From a virus, in IMG/VR virus record IMGVR_UViG_3300020048_000026, positions 1-64,000 of that record: a stretch of DNA of 64,000 nucleotides, one strand, 5' to 3'. This document shows positions 50,641 through 59,289 of the stretch, in pieces; position 1 is the first letter of the stretch; each line of letters opens with the position of its first letter. Both the position numbers and the translations under genes were made by a program. The notes under the pieces were generated by a model. It saw nothing but the letters and a program-made list of their open reading frames with translations, did no database searches and had not been told where the DNA came from.

Positions 50641-52635
50641 ATGGCAAATAGTACAAAACTTAACAGAGTTTTTAATTTCATAGAATTAAATTATAAAAAT
50701 TTAACAAATCAAATAACGAATTGGTTAAGTTCCGCATATGACAAATCAGGTATTCTTTTTAATTCAGCGTCACCTTATGGACAAATTTTAGAAGTTGTAA
50801 AGGAACTTTTTCTTCAGAATATTTTATATTTGAAAAATTTCGTTAAACAAATTGATATTGATCAATCTAACTCTAAAAGAATGATAAGCAATATTGCTAG
50901 AATATCAGGACATAATCCTTCAAGAGCAATATCAGCAAAAGGTACACTTAAATTTAAACTTAAACAAGGTATTAATATTGATCAAACAGTTGCTGGTGGT
51001 CAAGTTACTATTTACGATGATACAATTGTAAAAAATAAAACTAATGGATTATACTATGCTTTGAAAGTTGGTACAGATAAAAATATTTATCCTTTAACTC
51101 CTGGTTGCCAATTTTTTGTGAATATTGTTCAGGGAAAATATGAGAAACAAAATTTTACCGGAGATGGCACTATGATGCAGTCATTGCAAGTTACTGTTAG
51201 TAACAATTCTACTATTGATAATTTTGATTATCAAGTTTTGTTAAATGGTATAAATTTGCAAATTAGAGATCATTTATATGATATGCTTGAAAATGAATAT
51301 GCTTGTTATACAAGAACTGGATTCAATGGCGGCTTAGATATATATTTTGGAAATGGTGTTAATGGTATTATTCCTCCAATTGGTTCTCTAATAGAAGTGA
51401 AATATTTATTAAATAATGGATTACAAGGAAATATTTTAAATAATAAAGTTAATGATTTTACTTTTGTAGATGATATGTATGATGAAAATGGTACAGCAAT
51501 TCAGGCAAGCCAATTATTTGATGCTTTTGTTGAAACAAATATACAATTTGCTAGTGATGGTGAAAGTATTGAATATACAAAATCAGTAATACCTTATGTT
51601 TCTAGAAATTTTGTTCTTGCTACACCAGCACAATTTATCTATCATCTTAAAAAATTGAATATGTTTTCAAAAGTTAACGCTTTTAATACTCTTGATATGA
51701 TAAAAATTGATATTGATAGTGATGGAAATTTGGATAATATAAACATCAATGAAATGTATCTTTATTTAATTCCAAGAATAACTGACTATTTCTCATCTGA
51801 TATTAATTATTTTAACGTTCCTTTTGATAGTTTCTTTTTAGATCAAGTAGAGAAAGATAGAATAATTACTTATCTAAAAATGCAAGGTATTGTGAGTATA
51901 ACATCAGTTATAAAAATTATTGATCCACAAATTAAAAGATTTATTGTCAATATTTTTATAAGAAGATATGAAGATGTAACCGAAGAAAATATTAGAGAAC
52001 AAATTACTAATATATTATCATCATATTTTTCAAGTTATAATAGATATGATAGAGTTGTTAAATCAGATTTGATAAGTCAATTAAAAAATATTGATGGCGT
52101 TGATTCGGTGAATCTTGAATTTGTTAGTAAAGATAATGAAGATTATCATAGAGATGGTGCACTTTTATCATCAACACAAAAAAATGTTACACAAACCACA
52201 TATGCTACAACTACAGCATCAGTAAATGTTCCTGCCGATTCTTATAGAACAGCAATGACAGCTATTAAACAATCAAAAACAACAGATTCAAGTGAAAGTT
52301 CATCACAAAAAAGTAAAATTGCACCTATTAGTAATAAATTAGCAGGAATTAAATCTTTGAGTATGACAACTAAAAAAGATTCTGTAGATTCATCATTAAC
52401 ATCTGTAGGTAATACAACAGTTATTTCATATACAGATACAACTCAATATGATTCTAAAAAATTAGTAGGAATTGATCCAGTTTTAGGTGATATAGTTATT
52501 GGAAGAAATGAATTAATTATTTTGAGAGGTGGCTGGAGTAATAGAAATGGTGTATTTTTTCACGAAGATCCAAAAACAAATACAGGATTTAGCACAGTAA
52601 ATATTATTTGGAAAGGTATAACTCCAAGAAAATAA
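50641..52635 (+). CDS. Baseplate wedge protein (T4 gp6-like)
   Basis: IARISGHNPSRAISA, IVQG, IYFGNG..G..PP.GS.I.V.Y, DGESIE. Confidence 0.8.
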   Translation: MANSTKLNRVFNFIELNYKNLTNQITNWLSSAYDKSGILFNSASPYGQILEVVKELFLQNILYLKNFVKQIDIDQSNSKRMISNIARISGHNPSRAISAKGTLKFKLKQGINIDQTVAGGQVTIYDDTIVKNKTNGLYYALKVGTDKNIYPLTPGCQFFVNIVQGKYEKQNFTGDGTMMQSLQVTVSNNSTIDNFDYQVLLNGINLQIRDHLYDMLENEYACYTRTGFNGGLDIYFGNGVNGIIPPIGSLIEVKYLLNNGLQGNILNNKVNDFTFVDDMYDENGTAIQASQLFDAFVETNIQFASDGESIEYTKSVIPYVSRNFVLATPAQFIYHLKKLNMFSKVNAFNTLDMIKIDIDSDGNLDNININEMYLYLIPRITDYFSSDINYFNVPFDSFFLDQVEKDRIITYLKMQGIVSITSVIKIIDPQIKRFIVNIFIRRYEDVTEENIREQITNILSSYFSSYNRYDRVVKSDLISQLKNIDGVDSVNLEFVSKDNEDYHRDGALLSSTQKNVTQTTYATTTASVNVPADSYRTAMTAIKQSKTTDSSESSSQKSKIAPISNKLAGIKSLSMTTKKDSVDSSLTSVGNTTVISYTDTTQYDSKKLVGIDPVLGDIVIGRNELIILRGGWSNRNGVFFHEDPKTNTGFSTVNIIWKGITPRK

Positions 52636-52920
52636 TTATTCTTGTAAAAATTCTTTAAAAATTTCTTCTTTATTGTTTAGAATAAAAGTATGTATGTAAT
52701 ACGCTAATTTCTTATAATTTTTATATTCATAAATATTTTTAATGTTATAATCTTGTAAGAAATTCTCATCTATTGACATTATATAATCATTTTCTTTATT
52801 GAACCAATATACGAGTTGATAAATCTTTTCTTTTACTTTTAATGATAATATAACAGCAACCCCATCATTGATCTCACCAATATAATCTATGATTGAAATA
52901 AAATTAACTTCTTCTTCCAT
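52636..52920 (-). CDS. Hypothetical protein
   Basis: Clean ORF. Confidence 0.55.
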   Translation of the reverse strand: MEEEVNFISIIDYIGEINDGVAVILSLKVKEKIYQLVYWFNKENDYIMSIDENFLQDYNIKNIYEYKNYKKLAYYIHTFILNNKEEIFKEFLQE

Positions 52921-52966
52921 TTAGAAAACATATTTTTTTATATATATAATAAAAATAAGGTTTCAC

Positions 52967-53338
52967 ATGGCTTTAAAAGACGTAAAAGATTTAGTTATAA
53001 GATATCCAGGTCACCCAAAATACCAAGAAGGTAGAATAGTTGAAGATGATGAAATTGAAGTTATTGTTCAAAAATTGGAAATGATATTATTTACTAATAA
53101 AGGTGAAGTATTAGGTGATATTGAAATGGGCTGTAATTTAGAGTATTATTTATGGCAAACAAGAGTCACCACAGGAAATCTAAAAAGTAAAGTAGAAGAA
53201 CAAATATCAATATACATACCAGAGTTAGTTAACTTAGGCTATTCCCTAAGTGTTGATTTATACGAAGGTACATTAAGAGATATCCTTTATTTAAATTTTA
53301 TAATAAAGGGATATAATATTGAATTTATCTTTGAATAA
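52967..53338 (+). CDS. gp25-like baseplate wedge/sheath initiator
   Basis: LFTNKGE.LGD.EMGCNLE.YL, I..YIPE. Confidence 0.75.
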   Translation: MALKDVKDLVIRYPGHPKYQEGRIVEDDEIEVIVQKLEMILFTNKGEVLGDIEMGCNLEYYLWQTRVTTGNLKSKVEEQISIYIPELVNLGYSLSVDLYEGTLRDILYLNFIIKGYNIEFIFE

Positions 53339-53353
53339 AAATTAAAAAAATTT

Positions 53354-55432
53354 ATGAGTGAAAGAGTTGATGAATTTATCTTAACCACAGATATAATTGA
53401 AGATATTGAACAAAGAGAAAATCTAGGAAAAATTCTTAAAAGACATGAAAAAGTATGGTTTTCAAACACTAAAGGTGTTCGTAAACCATATTTAACATTT
53501 GCAATGACTGATGATGAATTTGAAGAATATATTAAATGTAAAATTAATATACAATATTTTGCAGAGAAATATTGTCAAATTAAAAGAGAAGATGGTACCG
53601 TTGGACCAATGACACTTCGTGATTATCAAAAAGATATTATTGACCTCTATACAAAAAATCCAAGAAGTATTTTAATGGCTTCAAGACAAACTGGTAAAAC
53701 AGTTTCAGCCGCAATTGTTATTATTCATTTTGTTTTATTTAATGATGATAAAGGGGTTATGATTGTAGCAAATAAAGGTAAAACCGTTAAGGAAATTATT
53801 AGAAAAATTAAAGATATTTATAAATTACTACCATTTTTTATAAAAAAAGGCGTTACTAACTGGAATGAAACTCAAATAGCATTTGAAAATAATTCACGTA
53901 TTCAAACAGAAAATAGAACAAAAGATCCATCAATCGGTTTTACAATTGACCTTTTATATCTTGATGAGTTCGCCCACATACCAGATAATTTTATTCGTGA
54001 CTATTATGGTGCTATTGTACCAGTCGTTTCATCTGTTAATAACTCTCGTATTATAATTACGTCTACTCCAAATGGATATAATATGTTTTGGGAATTAATG
54101 ACTGCCGCAGAATTACCCGATGAGGATCCAAATAAAAATCCATATAAAGCAATGAGAGTCTTATGGACTCAAGTACAAGGTCGTGAAGATACTAAAATAA
54201 AAATTTTAGATGTAAAATTAAAGAAATTTGGATTCAATAAACAACAAGTATTAAGAGAAATAAGAGAAAAAGGTAATATAACACTTTATAAAAAACACGT
54301 TAATGATGATATAATTGATTGTGTAAAATATGATGTTGAAGATGAAAAAACCTATATTGATAATATTAGAAAAATTCGTATAAATGGTATTCCTTTACCT
54401 GAACTTGCTGTTGTCTCCAATTGGCAAGAAGAAGAAACAAAACTTTTAGGCTCACCTGATAAATTTGACCAAGAATATGGATTACACTTCGTTACTGGTG
54501 ATAAAATCTTATTCAATAAAGAAACTATTGATTTATTAAAAAGTAAACAAATACCATTTGATTATATGGAATTACCACAATTTAAAAGATTGAACATTCC
54601 TTACGATTCATTGAAATTTGTTAGAAATTTGGATTTATTTAATCCACTCCGAGCAAAAGATTATTATATTTTAATATCAATTGACTTATCTGAGGGGTTA
54701 GCCAAAGACTATTCTGTTATAAACATATTTAGGCTCTCTCTGAGAGATAAATTAGAAATAGAGAAGTACAAGTATGAAAGTTTATATGAGTTGTTCAAAA
54801 TTGAGCAAATTGGCTTATATCGCAATAATCTTTATTCAATTAGAGAACTTGCACATATTTTTTATTTAATTGCATTTGAAGTATTTAATCCTGAAAAAGT
54901 TAAAGTTGTACTAGAATACAATACATACGGTTCAGAATTTTTAACACACCTACCCAATGTTTTTGATGGTGAAAATCAGTATTCAAATTCTGTCTTTTTG
55001 AGATTTAAACATAATAGAGAAGATTTAGTAGGAAAAATAGGATTAAAACTTACTAAAGATAAACATCTTATTATTGATAAGGAATTTCAACAATCAGTTA
55101 GAAATAGAAGAATGGTGCTACATAGCGATATTAATATTAGCGAAATTACAACATTTAGTAAACACGAAACTACTTCTGGTAATGTAACATATAGAGCAGA
55201 ATCAGGAAACGATGATGTTGTAATGTCAACAATCACATTATCAACTTGTTTTGATAATGTCGGTTATAAAAATCTCGTTGATTTATATATCAATAATGAT
55301 TTACAAGGTGATGTTTTAAGATATATTGAAAATATAACAAGTAAATCAACTAATACTGGTAGTGTTGTAGGTGCCTATAATAAGATTTACAAAAGAAGAC
55401 CAGAGTATTCAAACATGAGATATCCGAGATAA
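53354..55432 (+). CDS. gp17: Terminase large subunit (T4 gp17-like)
   Basis: LRDYQ, SRQTGKT, YLDEFAH, TSTPNG, FDQEY, IDLSEG..KDYS, DDVVM. Confidence 0.95.
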   Translation: MSERVDEFILTTDIIEDIEQRENLGKILKRHEKVWFSNTKGVRKPYLTFAMTDDEFEEYIKCKINIQYFAEKYCQIKREDGTVGPMTLRDYQKDIIDLYTKNPRSILMASRQTGKTVSAAIVIIHFVLFNDDKGVMIVANKGKTVKEIIRKIKDIYKLLPFFIKKGVTNWNETQIAFENNSRIQTENRTKDPSIGFTIDLLYLDEFAHIPDNFIRDYYGAIVPVVSSVNNSRIIITSTPNGYNMFWELMTAAELPDEDPNKNPYKAMRVLWTQVQGREDTKIKILDVKLKKFGFNKQQVLREIREKGNITLYKKHVNDDIIDCVKYDVEDEKTYIDNIRKIRINGIPLPELAVVSNWQEEETKLLGSPDKFDQEYGLHFVTGDKILFNKETIDLLKSKQIPFDYMELPQFKRLNIPYDSLKFVRNLDLFNPLRAKDYYILISIDLSEGLAKDYSVINIFRLSLRDKLEIEKYKYESLYELFKIEQIGLYRNNLYSIRELAHIFYLIAFEVFNPEKVKVVLEYNTYGSEFLTHLPNVFDGENQYSNSVFLRFKHNREDLVGKIGLKLTKDKHLIIDKEFQQSVRNRRMVLHSDINISEITTFSKHETTSGNVTYRAESGNDDVVMSTITLSTCFDNVGYKNLVDLYINNDLQGDVLRYIENITSKSTNTGSVVGAYNKIYKRRPEYSNMRYPR

Positions 55433-55481
55433 TTTTTCAAACTATAATCCTATTTTTTTATATAAAAGATAAAATAGTTTT

Positions 55482-56243
55482 ATGGCAAATATATCTTATA
55501 AATTCACTATATCAATGGGACAAATGAGTCTTTTTTTAGAAAAAGTTCATGATCTTTTAACTATTGATGATGAAATTTTATTAAAAATAGATAAAAACAA
55601 TATTCTTATATATTCTATTGTTGGTGAAAAAACAAACGTTAATGCATTTAAATCTTTCATTTTTAAAACAGATGAGATATTTACATTTTTAGATGAGATT
55701 CCAAAAGAAATAAGATTTATAATAGTAGATGGTTCTAAATTTGAAAATAGTTTAAGAAATTATCTTGATTTTAAAGAAGATATTGATTGTGAATTCTCAA
55801 TGAGTGATAATGTTTATGCAGACAATTTTAGACTTAAAAATTCTAAATTGAAATTAGGTATCATAGGTGGTGATATTCAAGCAATGAATACCTCAATTGA
55901 TATTGAAAAAATGAAGAAAACTTTTGATAAAAATAATATAGATTTCAAGTTTATTTTAGATAAAGGCTCATATACAAAAATTAAAAAAATTGCATCTATT
56001 GATATCGAAAATGATATTTTAACATTAGTTGTTGATGAAAATAAATTAACAATTGGTGAAGGTCATTGGAACCTTAATATTTGTGATATAGAACACGAAG
56101 ATTTATCAATAACATTTCCAAAGAAATACTTTAAATCAATAGCATTTACAGAAGCTGAAATTGATATTTATGTTTTTGATACTTTTTTATTAATAGATAA
56201 TCAAAATACAACAATGGTCATAGCACTCGAGATGAGTGTGTAA
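55482..56243 (+). CDS. Probable sliding clamp (gp45/PCNA-like)
   Basis: 253 aa with a repeated helix-then-strands pattern; a clamp loader is present in the window. Confidence 0.55.
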   Translation: MANISYKFTISMGQMSLFLEKVHDLLTIDDEILLKIDKNNILIYSIVGEKTNVNAFKSFIFKTDEIFTFLDEIPKEIRFIIVDGSKFENSLRNYLDFKEDIDCEFSMSDNVYADNFRLKNSKLKLGIIGGDIQAMNTSIDIEKMKKTFDKNNIDFKFILDKGSYTKIKKIASIDIENDILTLVVDENKLTIGEGHWNLNICDIEHEDLSITFPKKYFKSIAFTEAEIDIYVFDTFLLIDNQNTTMVIALEMSV

Positions 56244-56264
56244 CAATTTAAAAATTAAAAAGTT

Positions 56265-56930
56265 ATGGGTACAAGAGGTTCATCAGGGTTTATCTATAAA
56301 GATACACCTTATTTAAATTACAATCATTATGATTCCTATCCAGATGGTTTAGGTAGAGATGTTTTACATTTTATTGTAGATGTAAATAAAGAAAATGGTT
56401 GGGATAAATTCAAAGAAAATTCAAATGATATTATTCCAATAACAGAAAAAAGGATAACAGATCCTGATATAATTGAAAAATATAAGAAATATGCCGATTT
56501 AAGTGTTTCAACCAAAACATATGATGATCCATATTGCTTATTTAGAAAAATACAAGATTCTTGGATGCCTGAAATTTTAAAAGGCGAACTTAAACATTTT
56601 ACTTTTAATGATAATTTCATTAAAGAATCACTATTTTGCGAATATGCTTATGTTATTAATCTAGATACCATGAAATTGGAATTTTATGATGGATATCAAA
56701 AAGAAAGTCAACCTTCTAATAGATTTGGTGAAATACCTAATGAAGATGGTTATTATCCTTGCCGTTTAGTTGCTGTTTTTGATCTTCAAAAAATTCAAAA
56801 TAGTACTGACGTTGGACATATTGTAGAAAAAATGGATTTAATTTGTGATTTAAAAAAAGATGATCCGTCCATTTTACAATATTTCCGAAAACCAAAATTG
56901 GATAAAATAAATGAAAAAGCCTCTTTATAG
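56265..56930 (+). CDS. Conserved phage hypothetical (MGTRG...YNHYDSYP.GLG) with RxxKL tail
   Basis: FCEYAYVINLD motif; ends FRKPKLDKINE. Confidence 0.65.
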   Translation: MGTRGSSGFIYKDTPYLNYNHYDSYPDGLGRDVLHFIVDVNKENGWDKFKENSNDIIPITEKRITDPDIIEKYKKYADLSVSTKTYDDPYCLFRKIQDSWMPEILKGELKHFTFNDNFIKESLFCEYAYVINLDTMKLEFYDGYQKESQPSNRFGEIPNEDGYYPCRLVAVFDLQKIQNSTDVGHIVEKMDLICDLKKDDPSILQYFRKPKLDKINEKASL

Positions 56931-56940
56931 AGGCTTTTTT
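56914..56940. terminator. Bidirectional terminator between the gene and the tRNAs
   Basis: aaaaagcctc tttata gaggcttttt. Confidence 0.8.
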
Positions 56941-56944
56941 CTTG

Positions 56945-57017
56945 CCCTAAGTGTAGGACTTGAACCTACGACCAACTATTTTAGAGATAGCTGCTCTACC
57001 AACTGAGCTAACAAAGG
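56945..57017 (-). tRNA. tRNA with CUA anticodon (amber suppressor), copy 1
   Basis: CCTTTGT TA GCTC AGTTGGTA GAGC A GCTAT CTCTAAA ATAGT TGGTC GTAGG TTCAAGT CCTAC ACTTAGG G; two U-U mismatches in the acceptor stem. Confidence 0.85.
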
Positions 57018-57023
57018 ATTTTG

Positions 57024-57096
57024 AGATCCAGGTGGGGATCGAACCCACGACCAACTATTTTAGAGATAGCTTCTCTACCAACTGAGATACAAGATC
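57024..57096 (-). tRNA. tRNA with CUA anticodon (amber suppressor), copy 2
   Basis: GATCTTG TA TCTC AGTTGGTA GAGA A GCTAT CTCTAAA ATAGT TGGTC GTGGG TTCGATC CCCAC CTGGATC T; one U-U mismatch in the acceptor stem. Confidence 0.88.
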
Positions 57097-57102
57097 AAGT
57101 AA

Positions 57103-57130
57103 GTTATTAGAGGATTCGTCCTCTAATAAC
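57103..57130. other. Perfect 12-bp hairpin in the tRNA 5' leader
   Basis: gttattagagga ttcg tcctctaataac. Confidence 0.8.
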
Positions 57131-57134
57131 AATA

Positions 57135-57142
57135 CAAAAGTA
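57135..57142 (-). promoter_or_regulatory. Bacteroidota-type -7 element (TACTTTTG) upstream of the amber tRNAs
   Basis: Matches TAnnTTTG. Confidence 0.6.
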
Positions 57143-57166
57143 CTACTTTTCTTCCATAGAAAAAAA

Positions 57167-57583
57167 TTATTTATAAAAATTACCTTTTTCTAATTTATAT
57201 ATTTTTAAAAGCCTATCAGCCTCATTTCTCGCCTTAATCCATTCTTTTCTGGCGTTCTGGATTTTTTCTTCTTTAACAGATGGTTTAATACGAACCTTTT
57301 CTATTTCAAAAAGTCTTGATAACAATCCTAAAAAAGTGTTAATCTTCCTTAATGATGGCTTTTCACTTCTTTCAATCCAGTAACAATATTTCTGGATTTT
57401 TTTCATTTGATTTTGTGATAAATTTTTCCATTTAATCTCATAATATTTTTCAATATCACCTGATACTTGGTAATTATTTTCTTTGATAACTTTTTCAATT
57501 TTTTCAATTGCGTCTGCGATTTTGCTATCAATTTCACTTCTACTGTAGGTATACTCAATACCTGATGCTAATGTTGTTTCCAT
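57167..57583 (-). CDS. Basic hypothetical protein
   Basis: Clean ORF downstream of the minigene. Confidence 0.6.
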   Translation of the reverse strand: METTLASGIEYTYSRSEIDSKIADAIEKIEKVIKENNYQVSGDIEKYYEIKWKNLSQNQMKKIQKYCYWIERSEKPSLRKINTFLGLLSRLFEIEKVRIKPSVKEEKIQNARKEWIKARNEADRLLKIYKLEKGNFYK

Positions 57584-57673
57584 AATGTTTTTTTGTTTTT
57601 TGTTTTTTTATAAAAAATTGTTTAATTGTAATTGAATTCTTGATTCGCGAATTGCGAATTTCTTATGGAAACT

Positions 57674-57697
57674 TTAAGGTGGTTTGTTCTACGTCAT
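57674..57697 (-). other. Minigene ATG ACG TAG AAC AAA CCA CCT TAA (MT-amber-NKPP) with strong SD
   Basis: AAAGGAG lies 6 nt before the ATG; first three codons identical to the Pth2-like gene. Confidence 0.7.
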
Positions 57698-57718
57698 AAC
57701 GTTCTCCTTTCTTTTTTT

Positions 57719-58099
57719 TTATATAATTTCTAATTTTTTTAATTTTGTTTTTCTCTCTTCTTTTTTTGATATATCAATCAAAAAATATTTTCCTTCTTTT
57801 TCATTATATTTTATTTGATAAATAAAAGGTCCCTCAGATATAACATCAAATTCAAAATAATTCTGTTTTGATTTTACAATATCATAACCAATTTTAGCAT
57901 TATTGTAAAAATTTAGAGTTTGAGTTCTATCTTCATTGTCATATTGACGATTAAGTAAACTAATTAAATTGTTCGCTAATCTCATATCACTAAATTCATC
58001 ATGAACTTTAGCATCCTTTATATCATCAAATAAACTCCAAAAAGAATCTGCTTTATATGATATTTTACCTTTTGATTCAATTTTAAATATCTTGCTCAT
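57719..58099 (-). CDS. Hypothetical with RxxKLxxL tail
   Basis: Ends ERKTKLKKLEII. Confidence 0.6.
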   Translation of the reverse strand: MSKIFKIESKGKISYKADSFWSLFDDIKDAKVHDEFSDMRLANNLISLLNRQYDNEDRTQTLNFYNNAKIGYDIVKSKQNYFEFDVISEGPFIYQIKYNEKEGKYFLIDISKKEERKTKLKKLEII

Positions 58100-58362
58100 A
58101 AATTATATTTTTTTGTTGCTTGATCTAATTCTACTCTTTCTTTAATTTTTTTCTGACTATACTCAATTGCAGTATCCATATACTCTGCTAAATGTTCACT
58201 ACAACAATTCGCTTCTAAATTTGATAACTGAGATCCACCAATAAAAACTAAGTATTTATCGTGATTTTGACAGTTTTCTTTACAACAATGTGAAGTATCT
58301 GAAAAACTTCCATGTATAACATGAACTTTGTAAAATTCGTAATATTCTTTATATGTAGCCAT
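58096..58362 (-). CDS. Cys/His-rich small protein with KYNL C-terminus
   Basis: CC..NC, CCSEH; ends ATKKYNL. Confidence 0.6.
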   Translation of the reverse strand: MATYKEYYEFYKVHVIHGSFSDTSHCCKENCQNHDKYLVFIGGSQLSNLEANCCSEHLAEYMDTAIEYSQKKIKERVELDQATKKYNL

Positions 58363-58366
58363 AATT

Positions 58367-58585
58367 TTAGATGTTATAATTGTTTAATTCATTGAAAAAT
58401 TCGTAAACTTCTTTTAATTTTTTAACCATTTCATTTCTATCACTCTCGTCAAAATATCCCATATAAGTTCCTTCATACCAACCGCCTCCACCAGATATTG
58501 ATTCACTTTGATGCCCAGTATAAGAACATTCACTTAGAGATTCTAATTCATTAATGACCTCTAATAATAATTTATCTTCAAGCAT
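58367..58585 (-). CDS. Hypothetical protein, translationally coupled to the Pth2-like gene
   Basis: GGAGG precedes ATG 58585, which overlaps the end of the upstream gene. Confidence 0.55.
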   Translation of the reverse strand: MLEDKLLLEVINELESLSECSYTGHQSESISGGGGWYEGTYMGYFDESDRNEMVKKLKEVYEFFNELNNYNI

Positions 58586-58967
58586 AAACCACCTCCTCTC
58601 CTTTGAAAGTATTTTTATCAATTCCATTAAATATATTGTATTCCTTTAACATTAAAGGTAAAGATGAGGTAAGCCTACGAGTTTTATCAGAAGGCTCAAT
58701 AGCAATCGCAGTAATCTGATTCCTAATATCAGGTTCACGAAAAACGACAAATTTTAAATGATTTTTTTCCAATTTTGAAATGAGAGAATATAATTCTTCT
58801 TCATTTTCTACAGAAAGCTGTGCTAAATAAGGGTCGTTGTACCAATAATTGGAAATTTGGTGATGTTCAACGAAAAACATAATCGCAGCATGGGTTGCTT
58901 GCGTTGCCTGATATCCAGGACTTAAATCTCTTCTTGTTACTGTTGTTAATTTGTTAACCTACGTCAT
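58578..58967 (-). CDS. Pth2-like peptidyl-tRNA hydrolase with in-frame TAG at codon 3
   Basis: MT*VNKLTTVTRRDLSPGYQATQATHAAIMFF...FREPDIRNQITAIA. The R.DL..G...Q..HA signature lies upstream of the track start. Confidence 0.8.
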
Positions 58968-59017
58968 GATTTCTAAATTGTTTTTAATGTATATATTAAT
59001 TTTTGTGTTTTGTTTTA

Positions 59018-59025
59018 CAAATGTA
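59018..59025 (-). promoter_or_regulatory. Bacteroidota-type -7 element (TACATTTG) upstream of the Pth2-like gene
   Basis: Matches TAnnTTTG; a TATATA motif also lies at about 58989-58999. Confidence 0.6.
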
Positions 59026-59055
59026 TGGAACTTTTTTAATAAAAAAAATTTTAAA

Positions 59056-59289
59056 AAATTAATTATCTCATAGCCGCGATCTTGTTTCTAATCTCACATT
59101 TATCTAAGTCTTTCAACTTCCTTTCCAACGAAAGGTGCTCCAACCCGACCTCACAGGGAAACCGACACCCTCAGTCTGTTTGGATTGCTACTTGTGTGGT
59201 GATAACGAATTTCTTCTCCCACAGTAGGTTTTGTAGTCGCGAACTTCCTCTAATATTTCTACCAGCGTAAGATCGAATAATTAATTTTT
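59056..59289 (-). ncRNA. rnpB: Minimal RNase P RNA (type A catalytic domain, specificity domain almost absent)
   Basis: P1 aaaattaattat/ataattaatttt; P2 ATCTTAC/GTGAGAT; P3 CTGGTA-GAAA-TATTAG; GAGGAAG; P4 AG(T)TCGCGA/TCGCGGCT; P5 CTAC/GTAG-CAA; P6 AAACC/GGTTT; P7 TGTGG/CCACA; P15 TCCAA/TTGGA; AGATAAAT; AAACAAGA. Confidence 0.88.

Noticed and set aside
54180-54420. Intein in the terminase
   Set aside because: There is an apparent insertion of about 80 aa, but it lacks the Cys/Ser start and His-Asn end and has no endonuclease motifs.
56945-57096. Pyrrolysine tRNA (pylT)
   Set aside because: Both have canonical D-loops, 5-bp anticodon stems and TTC T-loops, unlike tRNA-Pyl, and no pylS/B/C/D genes are in the window.
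59082-59270. 62-aa plus-strand ORF
   Set aside because: It is antisense to the RNase P RNA, and its openness is explained by the higher GC of that RNA.
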